Assembly: GCA_030324005.1 (NCBI GenBank) | Contig: JARDVH010000121.1 | Span: 23,556,680 to 23,620,668 of the forward strand | Length of the DNA: 63,989 bases | Reading direction: 5' to 3' | Source: Negaprion brevirostris | Lineage: Eukaryota | Shown: positions 1 to 12,384 of the stretch, in pieces | How the letters are laid out: each line of letters opens with the position of its first letter | Numbering within the stretch: position 1 is the first letter of the stretch | Program-made: the position numbers and the translations under genes | The notes under the pieces: model-generated | Databases searched by the model: none | What the model saw: only the letters and a program-made list of their open reading frames with translations | What the model was told of the DNA's origin: nothing

Positions 1-975
1 GAATTGCTTAGCTCTGTTATTACTTGCTGCTTCCACTGTTTGGCATGCAAGTAGTCTTGCGTCGTAGTTCACAATGTTTACACCTCATTTTTATATGCAC
101 TTGTTGTTGCTCCCTCCTGCACTCTTCATTGAACCAGGCTTCCTCCCCTAGTTGGATAGTAATGGTAGAGGGGGGGAATATGCTGGGCCACGAGGTTACA
201 GATTGAGGTTGAGTACAATTCTGCTGCTGATGATCCACAGCAAGTCACGGATGTTGGGTCTTGAGTTGCTAGATCTGTTCGAAGTCTGTCTCACTTAACA
301 TGGTGGTAGTGGCATACAACATGATGGAGGCTATCCTCTATGTGATTATGGGACTTCATCTGCACGATGACTGCACAATGGTTATTCCTACCAATATGGA
401 CAGATGCACCTGTGGCAGACAGTTTGATAAGGATGAGGGCAAGTATGTTTTTCTCTCGTTTGTTCCCTCGCTACCTGCCACAGTATCAGTCTAGCAGTAA
501 TGTCCTTTAGGACTCAGCCAGCATGGTTGTGGTGGTACTACCGAGCTACTCTTGGTGATGGACTTTGAAGTTCCCCACCACATTACATTGTGTGTCCCTG
601 ACACCCCAGTGGTTCCTCCAAGTGGCATTCAACATGGAGGTATACTGATTCATCAGCTGAGGGGCATGGTACATGGTAATGAGCAAGAGCTTTCCTTGGA
701 TGTTTGACCTGGTGCCATCAGACTTCATTCCTTTGTGTTTTGCTCGTAGCGTTGAATACAGCCGGATGGCTTACTAGGCCATTTCAGAGGGCATTGAAGA
801 GTCAACCACATTGCTGTGGCTCTGGGGTCACAAGGCGGCTAGACAAGGAAATGGTGACAGATTTTATTCTTGAAAGAACATTAGTGAACTAGTTGGATTT
901 TATGACAATCATTAATCGATTCATAGTCACCAATAGACTTTTAATTCCAGAATTTTTTCAATCTGATGAATCAAA
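1..975 (-). mobile_element. CR1-group (Zenon-like) single-ORF LINE fragment: endonuclease/linker remnants plus the SINE-like 5' head
   Basis: Minus-strand ORF remnants EAWFNEECR and LLLITMYHAP...VVGNFKVHHQE are of APE-endonuclease type. Positions 740-975 are the reverse complement of the SINE body seen at 29251 and 56855. Homologous to 1530-5975 and 25110-27045. Confidence 0.75.
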
Positions 976-1956
976 GTTGGACTTCCTGTCCCTTGGTGAG
1001 GGGAGGGTGAAAGCCCCACACTCACCTTGTTAAAACTACCCACAGTGCATTATTGCAGTGGAAAAGCCAGATTTAAAGTCAATAAGATGCTGACCCTTTG
1101 ACAAGAGTGGGTGAGGAATAAGTCCCCGTATAAAATCCACCCTTTACATGTTTTCTGTGTTTGTGGCCTATTCAAGTTAGGATATGGGGCTTCCAGAGGT
1201 GAAGCCCTGTACTACTGAATGCAGTGCTCATGAAAATTATAACCACATTATTCATATTACTAGACTTGAAAAAAAATAGCATTTTAGGCAGTCAGTTTGC
1301 CTTTGTTGCAACCTGATTGTGGTGAGAAGGGTTTTATTACAAAGGCTGTCAATTAAAAACAAACATAGTTAATATAAATGGGTTGACACCTTGGTTGAAT
1401 AAACAGTAGAGAGGGGATTTTGGTATGAATGCGTTTAGCATTTGCAAAACTATATTGCTGCAGGAACAGTGTACCATCATGTGTTGAAAATGACCTGAGG
1501 ATTGAAATTTCTGGATGTGATATTTTTAGAGCATCTGGCCTATATCTGACTCATGACCCATGAGAATGCACTTGTCTTATAACTGTCCTCTGCGGTGCTG
1601 TAGCAAGACACTTGGCTGCATTAAATAGTTACAAAAACAAAACTATAAAACTGGATTGCCAACCTGGCATCAACTTAGGCACTGAACAAGACAAATGCAC
1701 TCACAGCCCAGTCAATCCTGCAAAGAACTCTTTGCCAGCATCACTGGGCTTTGTGCCAGAATTCAGAGATCTGCCCTATAGTCCAGTCAAATAACAGCTT
1801 GACGTAGCCATACTCACAAAATCATATCTTGCAGCCAATGTCCCAGACTCGTCGATGACTGTCCCTGGGTACATTCTGAAATGGTGCTACAGTGATATAT
1901 AGTCAGGAAGGGCTGACCCTGGGAGTCCTCAACGTTGAAGTCTCATAGCATCAGGT

Positions 1957-2265
1957 GGGGTGGCACAATGGTTAACACTGCCGCCTCTTAGCACCAAGGA
2001 CCTAGGTTCAATTCCCGGCTTCCTGTTTGTGTAGAATTTGCACATTCTCCGCGTATCTGCGTGGATTTCCTCTGGTTACTCCGGTTTCCTCCCACAGTCC
2101 AAAGGTGTGCAAGTTAGGTTGATTGGCCATGCTAAATTGTCCCATAATGTTAGGGGGACAAGGAGGGTAAATGCATGGAATTATGGGCCTACAGCCTGGG
2201 TGGGATCAGTGCAGACTCAATGGGCCAAATGGCCTGCTTCTTCACTGTAGGATTCTGTGACTCTA
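1957..2265 (+). mobile_element. HE1-type V-SINE with CR1-like tail
   Basis: tRNA-like head with A box TGGCACAATGG and B box GGTTCAATTCC. V-domain TTTGCACATTCTCC...CCGGTTTCCTCCCACAGTCCAAAG. Tail GGGCCAAATGGCCT...CACTGTAGGATTCT. Confidence 0.9.
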
Positions 2266-3488
2266 AATCTGTTGATTATCATCACCCACCTTTCCTCAAC
2301 TGAGTGATCTGTCCTCTCCCATTTTGAACAGCATTTGGAGCAAGACCTCTGAATGTACTGTGACTGGGTCTGACCCTGTTCATCTCGAAGAAGAGCTCTG
2401 TATCACCACAGCTGATCATGCAGACTGGGTACTGTAAGACATATTTACATGACTAAGTCTGCAGCAGGTGATGACAGAACCAACATGCAAAATAAAATTA
2501 TCCTTGTTGCCACCAATCTACCAGTCACAGATATAATTGGCCAGACCAGCACTGGTAGGAGTGACCACCACACAGTCCAGATGGAGATGAAGTTCCATCT
2601 TCACACTAAGAATGCATGTTGTGTGGCACTATCACCATACTAAATGAGATGCATTTAGCTCAGGTACAGTAGCTCTAAATTGGGCATCTGATGCCCTGTA
2701 TGCAAACAGCAGCCAAAAAACTGTACTTAACTACAATATGTAACCTCATAGCAAACTATATCCCTTACACTATCATTACCTTAGTTCAATGAACAGTGTA
2801 AGAGAGCATGCCAGGAGCATTACCAGGCATACCTCGAAATGATATAGCAAAGCTACAACATAGGCCTACTTGCTGGCTAAACAGCAGAACAGCTCATTAT
2901 AGACAAAGCTAAGTGATTCCACAACAAATAGGTCAAATCAAGCTCTACAGACCTGCAGCATCCTGTTATGAATGGTGGTGGACAACTAAAGAACTAAAGG
3001 AAAGAGGAGGCTCTATGTTCACCCCATCATCAGTGATGATGGAAATCGTGAGTACAAATGTCAAGGTTGAAACATTTGTAACTATTTTACTTTCAGAGTG
3101 GATGATGCATCTCAGCCTCCTCTTGAGCACCCCACAAACACCGATGCCATTCTCCAACCAGTTAGATTTGCTCCATGGGATATCAAGGAACTGTTGAAAC
3201 ACTGGATACAGCGAAGGCTGCGAGCCCTGCCAACAGCCCAGCTTGCAGTGTTGCAGGTTTGTGGTTCACAATAAACCACCTTGTCCCTAGCCAAACCATT
3301 TCAGCTACAAACGCTGGCATTAACTGAGTGGAAAATTACTCTGGAATGTCGTATCCACCAAATATAAGATCAATTCAATCTAAACAATTATTCTCAATCA
3401 TCAGCAAAGTTATGCACAGTGTCATTGACAATGCTATCAATTGATATTGACTATCTATAAGCTGCTCACATCTGATCAGTTTGGTTTC

Positions 3489-5088
3489 TGTTTCATATAT
3501 TAGTCTTATGGCCAAATCAATACAGGGAATATTTCCTCTTAGCAACAGTAACTCTGGTGAAACTCAGGTAGGTTAATTTAAGCTATTCTATTTACACTAT
3601 ATAAAGTGTATACATGATGGACTGTGAGGTACTCACATTTCTCTTGAGTACAGGCTATTCCATCTGCTTTACAGAGTGTCTAGCACATAACTGATAACAT
3701 CACCATTGCAGCGTGTTTTACACCATTAACTCATTACAAGAACTATTAACCTCATTGTATTACACATTTTCCACAAGTATATTTATTATCCTTTCAAGGG
3801 ACATGGACCTTGCTGGCAAGGCCAGAAATGTTATTTTATTCCTTTAGAAGGCTGTGGTGTCTTTTGGAACTGCTGCAATCCGTGTGGCGTGGGTACACCC
3901 ACAGTGCCTGTTAGAGAGAGAAACCTTATAGTGATCTGTCTTTCCTTATTGGAAACGTATTGTGTCCCCTTCCGGGAAATCCTGCTGATCTATGCTTTTT
4001 TTTGGCACCAGAGCATAAGCAAGATAGCTGCTGTAGGGTTTTCTGCCCATTTGGCCATTTTGGCAGGATTTTCAGTGGGCACGGCTGCTGCCTTTGGGTC
4101 TAAGCAATGAGCTGACATGTCTGAGGCCATGGTGTTTCAGTGGCTGAAAGGCCAATTTTGCTGCCTATATTAAGCCTGCCTTATGTTTTGAAATACTTAA
4201 TCAAGTGTGAGGTCGGCTTTTGCTCGTGAAAAAAAAAAACAGCTTTTTGCCCTAGACTCTGACAACAATGCGGTCGCAAATAAATTTATCCTTAAAATGT
4301 CCAATACTTGCAACAACTGGCTAATGTGTACAGGTGAATAAGAAACTATTTGACAGGTTCTCCTGGTTTTTGGGATGTGTGATTGAATCAAGCTCACTCG
4401 ACGATGAGGTTTACTTTTGGACTGAAATTTGCAGCAAATGCTTTTAGGGTGGTTTTGAACTCTGGAGGTCTCTTCAACCCGTTGTCTCAGGAGGACATCT
4501 TCAGCAATAGGTCCTAGAGCACAGCCAAATGAACTAATCTGGTGGTTCTACACTTTGGTATGCAAACCCGATGCTGCTTGAAACCTTAGCAAGTTTTTTT
4601 CTCACAACTTCCAATATTGGCCTCTCGGTGGATCTTTAAGATTTTCAAACAGCTGCAAAAGTGGTGACAGTTTGACTGGTGCTAACATTGCTGCTGATAT
4701 TCAGCATGCCTCTGTCTTAGATAAGTTTTTTGATTCTTGCTGCTAACAGGTGTTCATCCACGTTCATGCAATGGGTGTTCTATTGACAGCACCAACCTAT
4801 CATTAGATTTGTGTCAATACCACTGCTATCATGTTTCAGGCCTAATCTATACATGAAAGGTTTCCCTCTTACCATCAGTAACTCTGATTTGACTCAGGTA
4901 GATAATTTCAAACTATTTTATTTATACCATATGTATACTACACACATACTGAGTTACTAGGTGAGCACATCTCTCGTAAGAACGGACTATTCTATCTCCT
5001 TTAGAGTCTCTAGCAAATGATACACATGTTACATCATGATACACATCACTAATTCATTACCATAACTATGGAGAGTTGTTGTACTACA
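3489..5088 (-). mobile_element. Internally deleted, gag-only Gypsy (Mag-like) LTR retrotransposon
   Basis: TG...CA ends and a perfect 5-bp TSD GTTTC (3484-3488 and 5089-5093). Diverged direct LTRs at 3489-3764 and 4832-5088. The minus-strand interior translates to gag-like RFQAASGL...GPIAEDVL...FSPKVNLIVE...FNHTSQKPGE...LYTLASCC...ICDRIVV...ADLTLD. A PBS-like TGATAGCAGTGG follows the 5' LTR. Confidence 0.85.
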
Positions 5089-6289
5089 GTTTCTGCCAGG
5101 GCCATTCAGCTCCTGACCTCATTACAGCCTTGATTCAAACATGGACAAGTGTATTCAGAAGTAAGGTGGGACTGACTGCTTGGGACACTACGCCAGCATT
5201 TGGTTAAGCATGGCATCAAAGAGCGCTAAACAAATTGAGGTTAATGAGAATCATAGGGAAAACTCTCTACTGACTGGAGATGTGCCTCCACAAAGTGAAT
5301 TTGTCATGCTGTTGAAGGCCAATCAGGACATTGATCCAGGGATTCCTCGGTGTTGTGTCCTATGTCCAACCATCTTCAGCTGCTTCATCAATGATCTCTT
5401 CTTTGTCATAAGATCAGAAGTACAGAATTTTGCTCATGACTATTATCATCACTGAAATATCCCACCAACAACATTGTGGAGGTCAACACTGACCAGAAAT
5501 GTTACATGTTGAACTACATAAATGCTGTGGATTCAAGAGAGCTTAAAGGTTAGGAATTTCATAATGAGTGATCCACCTCCTGACTCTGCAAAGCATATTC
5601 ACAATTTACAAGGCACAATTAATGAGCATGTTGGACTACTCTCCACTCTGCTGAATGAGCGCAGTTCCAACGACATTCAAGAAACTCAACACCATCCAGA
5701 ACAAAGCAGCTTGCAAGCACATGGGAAAACAACCACCTGCAAGATCCCTTCCAAGCCACAGACAATCTTGACTTGGGACTATATCACCATTCCTTTACTG
5801 TGACTGGGTCAAAATTCTGAAACTCCATACTTAACAGCACCGGGGGTGTACCCACGCCATAGGGACGGCAGTGGCTCAAGAAGGTGGCTCACAAGTGTCT
5901 TCTCAAAGGCAATTCAGGGTGACTTGCTATAAAAGCAATAAATGCTGACTTGCTAGTGACACCCATGAACAAGAAGAGCATTTGGACAGAAGTAAATCAC
6001 CAAATCAAGAATCAATTCATTAAACCTACAACAATGCTCACAGCATTGGATTTAAAATGTTTGCATACTTGAAGATTTTTCTCCAGGGAATCTTCCATTG
6101 TACAGGACAATTTGCCAAGTATCTCTTCCTTACTACATAAGATGCACATTGAAAGCTGCATCAGAATAACTCAGAGTAAAAGCTAAATAAATCAATGTTG
6201 CATTTCAAATATCTTTTTAGAAGAGGGGAGTTGGCAAGCTTGTGATTCCTTAACTAATTTGACATAAATTGCACAGATGAGAATGCAGC

Positions 6290-6472
6290 ACAAAATGGAA
6301 GTAGATTCAATAGTAACAATCAAAAGATTGATGCTTAAAAACTTGAAAGGAAAACATTAACAGGGCTCTGGAGAAAGATCAGGCAATGATTAATTGAATA
6401 GCTCTACTAAGGAGCTAGCATGGGTTCAATGGGCCAAATGGCATCCTTCAGTGCTGTATTATTCTATGATTC
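6290..6472 (+). mobile_element. CR1 LINE 3' end fragment
   Basis: CR1-type tail GGGCCAAATGGCATCCTTCAGTGCTGTATTATTCTATGATTC. Confidence 0.6.
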
Positions 6473-6904
6473 CAATGAATTATCAGTCATAGAAAGAAAC
6501 CATTCTATCCCTCACACCGCACTGACTGTGGTCTTTGTTATAATGTCTTACAACTGCAAAGTCTCTCTTTTTGCAGTGCTGTTCAAAATCTACTGCAAGT
6601 TTGTACATGTTTGAAATACAATACCACATAACACCTAATTATTGTATGTCCCATAAAACTTTGTCAAGTCCTAATGATACATGCATGCAAGTTCATCCAC
6701 ATACCAATGCACACATTATCTGACTCATTCTATTTCATTCCAATTCTTAGGTGAGGGTACACAAATACTTCTCTTGTTAAGTGAGTACTATGTGGCAGAA
6801 GAAAATGTAATATACAGAAATCATAATGGTTTAGTTACATTTAATGAACTCCTCTTCAGATTCCGGCAACTACAAGACCCATCCAGGCAATAATGTAACG
6901 TATT

Positions 6905-7150
6905 AAGAACATAAGAACATAAGAAATAGGAGCAGGAGTAGGCCATCTAGCCCTTCGAGCCTGCCCCACCATTCAANNNNNNNNNNNNNNNNNNNNNNNN
7001 NNNNNNNNNNNNNNNNNNNNNNNNNNNNNNNNNNNNNNNNNNNNNNNNNNNNNNNNNNNNNNNNNNNNNNNNNNNNAAAATCAAGAAAGACCACATCCAC
7101 CGGCTCTCCTCTATCCACCGCCCTAGACACATCCTCATAGAACTCCAATA
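6905..7150 (-). mobile_element. CR1 LINE (3' tail and RT fragment, separated by a gap)
   Basis: AAGAACAT terminal repeats with the GGAGCAGGAGTAGGCCAT tail. The translation LEFYEDVSRAVDRGEPVDVVFLDF is a CR1 RT motif. Confidence 0.85.
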
Positions 7151-7641
7151 AATATTGCTCAGAATAGTGGAAGCTTGTACAGATTCATGGTTAGAGTTTG
7201 CATCAACCTGGTCATGCTCAAGCTTTGACAGCTTACTTCCCAAAGGAAAGCAAACATGAAGTGACAAACTGCACAAAAAAAAACTCTTCAAAGACTAAAA
7301 CAGTGTAAAAGGCCATCAATAAATCTATCGAGCCACTCATCTATCAAACTACCAATTCATTCCTACTCGCCCATCTGTGCCATACGATAAAACAAGCCAC
7401 ATATTTTCAGTTGGGTTATATGGGGAGCTGTTGTGGAAAAACTATTTCATTCCTAAATGCAAATAATAACAATTATAAAGTTAAGTAAATCAAGCAGTAT
7501 TTTTCATAATTAAAAAAGGTCTGGATTTTGCTATGGTGGAACGATCCACGTTTACCCTCATTACTTCATTGAAGCAGCAGCACGTTCTGGAGTCAGCATG
7601 TGTGCAGACTAACACAGAAATCCAAAAGTTTCTTTCAGTAA

Positions 7642-7969
7642 AGGGTAGCATGGTGGCAATAGCGTTAACACTGCTGCCTCTCAGCTCCAGAGACTTGAGT
7701 TCGATTTCTGGCTTGGATCACTGTCTGTGTGAAGTTTGCACATTCTCCCTGTGTCTGTGAGCCTTTCCTCTGAGTGTTCCGGTTTCCTTCCATAGTCCAA
7801 AGATGTGTGGGTCAGGTTGATGGGGCATACTAAATTGTCTCTTAGTGTCCCAGGAGGTTAGAGGGATTAGTGGGATAAATATGTGGGGTTATGGGGATAG
7901 GGCCTGGGGTGGGAGTATTGTCAATGCAGACTTGATGGGCCGAATGGCCTCCTGTAGTATTTTTATGAT
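7642..7969 (+). mobile_element. HE1-type V-SINE with CR1-like tail
   Basis: Head with B box GAGTTCGATTTC, V-domain, and GATGGGCCGAATGGCCTCC tail. Confidence 0.9.
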
Positions 7970-8441
7970 AAATGAATGCTCCTCCATAGGATGCACTGAA
8001 GAGGTAGCTACAGAATGCAATCTCCATTAAATCAATGAAATCTCCATTAAATCGTGAACTGATGAAAACTTTCACTCTAACATTGTTTAAAACAGGACTA
8101 ACACTCTTAAAAAAGTTGAATGAAGTGCAGCTGGGTTTTTAATAATGCACAAACTTCATAATTATTGTGAAACACCCTCACTCATCTTGAAACACGAATG
8201 TTATATTTGTGGAATATCAAGTTGCTCCACAATGATGAGAAAGCCTATATATTTTTAAAAATATAAAACAACTTAAACATTTGTTTATTTTATTTTGTTT
8301 CAACATATTTTAATGCAGTCATTGTCATGTATTTTGTGATCCAGAAATTTGAACTAAATGTCAGGAGACTCAGTGTTTTTAGCTTTCTGGTTTGCTGTTG
8401 AAGAGAGTTCTTCAATACCATTGGCTGTTTACTCTGTTTGA

Positions 8442-9350
8442 TCATAGAAAAAATCATAAGAATGAGGAGCAGAAGGCAATTTAGGCCCTCGAGCTTGCTC
8501 TGCCATTTAATACAATAATGCTGATTTCATCTTGGCCTCAACTCCACTTTCCTGCCCATTAAAGTCTTACTAATTAAAAATCTGTCCATTTCTTCCTTAA
8601 ATTTACTCAAAGTCTTTGCATCACCACGCCTGGGTTGTGAATTCCACAGACTCATGACTTTTGAGAGAAGTAATTTCTCCCCATCTCTGCTTTAAATCCG
8701 CTACCCCTTATTATAAAACTATGACTTCTTGTCCTAGATTGCCCTACAAGAGGAAATATCCTCTCCACACACTTTGCCAATCCCCTTTATCATTTTGTAT
8801 TCTCAATTAAATCTCCTCTCATTCTTACGAACTCCAGAGAGTTTAGGTCTAAACTGCACAATCTCTCTTCGTGAGTCAAACTCCATATCTCTGGAACCTC
8901 CTCTGAACCATTTCCAATGCAACTACCTTCCTCTTCAAATAAGGGGAGCAAAATTGTATACAATATTTTAAGTGCTGTTTTACTAATGCTTTTTCTTGTA
9001 GTAGCAATGTTTCACTACTTTTACATTCTATTTCTTTAACAATAAGTGTCAAGATTCCATTTGCCTTCCTTTATTAACTGCTGTACCTGCATACTAGTTT
9101 TCTATGATTCATGCACAAGGACACCTAGATCCCTCTGCACCAAAGGACTGCCAAGTTTTTCTCCATTTAGATAATAATTTGCCTTTGAATTTTTTTCCAC
9201 CAAAATGGATAACCTCACACTTATCTATGTTAAGCTCCATCTGCCACATTTTAACCCATTCGCTTAACCTATCCATATCCATTTGTAAATTTCTTATTTC
9301 ATCTTTGCAACTTACTATCCTACCTATTTTAATGTCATTTCTGCTACTAA
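8442..9350 (-). mobile_element. CR1 LINE 3' portion (RT C-terminus to tail)
   Basis: Translation LQMDMDRLSEWVKMWQMELNIDKCEVIHFG (ORF 9109-9378, minus strand). CR1 tail near 8442-8510. Confidence 0.85.
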
Positions 9351-9580
9351 ATACCTGGAGATACCCTTGACTTGACACTAGACTTAAAGTGTGGTTGGAA
9401 GAGGAGAAGATGAAGATCTGTGTGAGTAGCTTACTTTAAGGTCAATGGACAGCAGTGAGTGTCCTTTCTTTCCAATTAATCACCAATTCTGGGCCATGAC
9501 ATCGCGTTGATGTTTCACTGATGCAGACAGGTCAGGCAGGGTTCAATTTCAGACTTGCAATGTTGAATCAATGCACCAAA

Positions 9581-9868
9581 GGCATGGTGGCACAGTGGTC
9601 GGCACTATTGCTTCACAGGGCCAAACACCCAGATTCAATTCTGGCCTTGGGTGACTGTGTGGATTTTGTATGTTCTCCCCATGTCTGCATGGGTTTCCTC
9701 TGTGTGCTCCGGTTTCATCCCACAGTCCAAAGAGGTATAGATTAGGTGGATTAAAGCATGGAGTTATGGGGGTAGGATGGGGGTGGGCTGGATTAGATGT
9801 CTTTTGGAGTGTTGATGCAGATTTGATGGGCCAAATGGCCTCTTTCTGCATATTGAGATTCCATGGAA
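9581..9868 (+). mobile_element. HE1-type V-SINE with CR1-like tail
   Basis: GGTGGCACAGTGG head, V-domain, and GATGGGCCAAATGGCCTCTTTCTGCA tail. Confidence 0.88.
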
Positions 9869-10074
9869 TTACTCAATTTCAGTTGGGAGTGTTTGGGATC
9901 TAGGAGATAACTAAGCCAATGTTTCTGTCGCTAGTTGTGACCATGTGAGCCTTACTGAGCACTGAGTGGCTAGTGCTTGGTCAAGTACTCTCAAGCACTC
10001 ACTCTTACCAATGAAGCCAATGGTTCAGGAATGGAAAAGTGAAAGGAGAAACACAAAGAAAACTTTCAAGAAAA

Positions 10075-10895
10075 AAGCAAAAATAGAAAATTTTGGAAAT
10101 GATCAGCAGCATCTGGGGAGACAGAACTGAATTAATGGGTTAAATTTTCAGGCGAGTGTCAAGATCGCAGTGTCAGGACAATATTAGGAGCCACAACCTA
10201 TGTTTCTCATTAGAGAACCCACCAGCGTAACTTTCTTGGAGGTGACCTTCTAATTGGCTACAACTGCATTCAGCATCCTATTCAAGTGGCAAGTATGTTC
10301 CCACAGCAGGATTCTGAGAGGTCCCACAAAAGGCAATGTCCAACAACCCCACTGGAGGAGGCAAATGCTGCTAAGGCAGAAAGAAAATCGCAAGGACGTC
10401 TCAACATGAAGGAAGTGCCATGTGTCTTCTGTGGGTATAAGAATGATGAGGTCCACAGCTGGTAAGGCTAGCGGTGTGGAAGGACCATGCCCCTCTACAG
10501 GGCTGACTTCCGCTGCCCTGAAAACTATTCATCCTAGCGGCCCCCTCTTGGGGCATTGAGCTTCTGGCTTTAATAACATCCCCTGTCTGCATTCAAGAAG
10601 CTGCCTCAAACAAGTTAGCAGTTTCTGCATTCAGTAGTGGGGGGTGTTAATCTGATGATGGGCAACTGCTGTCACTTACGGAAAGTAGACTCAGTGCAAA
10701 TTTAATTGGTCCCCTACCTCTGTGGNNNNNNNNNNGAGACGGGAACATACATTGGAGACATTCCCATTGGTTTTCCTCTTATTTACCAGTCACCCAGTCT
10801 CTAAACCCACCTTCACAGGATGCTCCAGGTCTGGGAAACAGTTGTCTACACAGATTTGGCCAGAACTGCTGAGAATTTCCAGCATTTTCAGATTT
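10075..10895. mobile_element. Short inverted Penelope-like terminal element split by a ~700-bp non-autonomous DNA transposon (about 10138-10843)
   Basis: Flanks AGAAAATTTTGGAAAT...CAGCAGCATCTG and CAGATTTGGCCAGAACTGCTGAGAATTTCCAGCATTTTC are inverted copies of the family at 15071, 22733 and 61512. The insert begins GGGTTAAATTTTCA, like other TIRs in the window. Confidence 0.55.
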
Positions 10896-11759
10896 CTCCC
10901 ACCCACATTGTTCTCAGTATTGAAAGATAAAAGAGTAGTTTGTCAAAGAACGATATCAAAATGGCTCTGGCAAGTTTGACCTCCAGCCAGTAATCTAATT
11001 TTCCTTTCGGAGATCCAAATGTGCAACAATTGCACAGGGAGGATTATGTTAAGATAGGGGGGTCAGTGGAAATCTCAAGTGACTATGATTTGCTTTCTTG
11101 TTTTGAACACAATGATAGTCTTAATCCTCAAAGTACCTGTTGCTAGGCTGAATTCCTGTTTGGCCTATGCACTACTGATATTTCACAGTTCAGTATTAAA
11201 ACACCTACAAAGTACTGGCATGAAGCTAAAATACTTAAATGAGGCTCTCACAGCAGGTAGCAAAAAACAGTCACAGTGAGGAACACAGCTACTCTCCATG
11301 AGTCATAATTCCTAATGTTTACCTACCAGAAAATTTCAGCCTTTATATTTAAATAACCAAATTGAATCATAGCATGTAATAGATTCAATAAAGTCACCAA
11401 CAAAGAGTGAACAGTGTAGCTGGTATAAATAATGTTGAACTTTGTCACATTACGTAATGCCTCACTGGAGCCTGGGCCTAGTGACAGGGTTTCTAAAATA
11501 GATTCCGCATACACTAAAACAGCAGGATTTGTGCAGAGTGAGGCAGATGGATGCATATGCTAAACAATTAATTGGGATAATGCATAAGCAAATGAGTTCT
11601 GCACTGGATTATGAAAGACTGATAAAGATATTTAGCTATTGCCTTGTGCTTTTATCTGCTTTCACTAATATTTAAGCATGATTATGTTCAGTCTGCCAAG
11701 TTATAATTCCATCGTCTTTTTTTTAATGGAAGTTGCTCCTTAGATTTAACAATCCAAGT

Positions 11760-12384
11760 GGGATTGCCAGCTGTGACAGTATGTATTCCTGGAGCTTTCT
11801 TCTTGTGATAACCATCATGATCTTCATGGGGAATGACTAACTGACCTCCCGGTTGGACCCGTTGAATATTAGCTCCCTGGGGATTGGTAATTAGCCAACC
11901 AGATGGAACTCATATTCAGAGCCCTGTATAAGGCAAGACCCTTGGAGGATCCATGAGTCTTTTAGTCACAGTTGGGATCTGTTGTGTTCACCACAGGCTT
12001 GTGTTTATGGTTTATTTTCATTTTGTGCAATAAAAGCACAGTTTCTTCACAGCCAACACTGGAGTTATTATACACCTCATCACTTGTCCCCATGCTCTTG
12101 CCTTTAATAGGCCAATACATCCATTTTTGTGACGTACTTCCTTCTTAAGCCAATTGAAAAGCAGAAAGACTTGTGATCTAATTGGATGATCCTTGACTGT
12201 CAGCCAGACTGCCTTACTTTCCCTACTTATTTTCAATGTTTTTACAGCTGAAAGAGAAAAGTTCAAAGAAAATGATGAAGGAAAACATTTTTTTAAAATA
12301 ATCTGGTGATTTTTTTTCCTCCAGCAGTGTCCTGGAAATTGATCTTCAGTTCCTGGGAGACTCCTGTTGAGTTGGACAAAGCTA
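11760..12384 (+). mobile_element. Non-autonomous DNA element (GGGTTGCCA-type TIR family) carrying a solo LTR
   Basis: The start GGATTGCCAG...ATGTATTCCTGGAG and internal blocks (ATTGGATGA..CTTGACTGTCA, GAAATTGATCTTCAGTTCC) match the host element at 60904-62932. Confidence 0.6.
11804..12074 (+). mobile_element. Solo LTR
   Basis: TGTGATAA...TTATTATACA inverted ends, a TATA-like TATAA near 11927, and AATAAA near 12029. It interrupts an otherwise contiguous DNA element. The TSD is degenerate (CTTCT/CCTCA). Confidence 0.65.

Larger units (their letters stand above)
1530..5975 (+). mobile_element. Near full-length decayed Zenon-like LINE, interrupted by an HE1 SINE and an LTR element
   Basis: Endonuclease remnants (GRSDHHTV near 2555) and RT motif remnants (IPRCCVLCPTIFSCFINDL...NFAHD, 5340-5440). 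The 3' tail CTTCTCAAAGGCAATT...GCAATAAATGCTG...CCCATGAA lies at 5899-5968. Confidence 0.8.
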
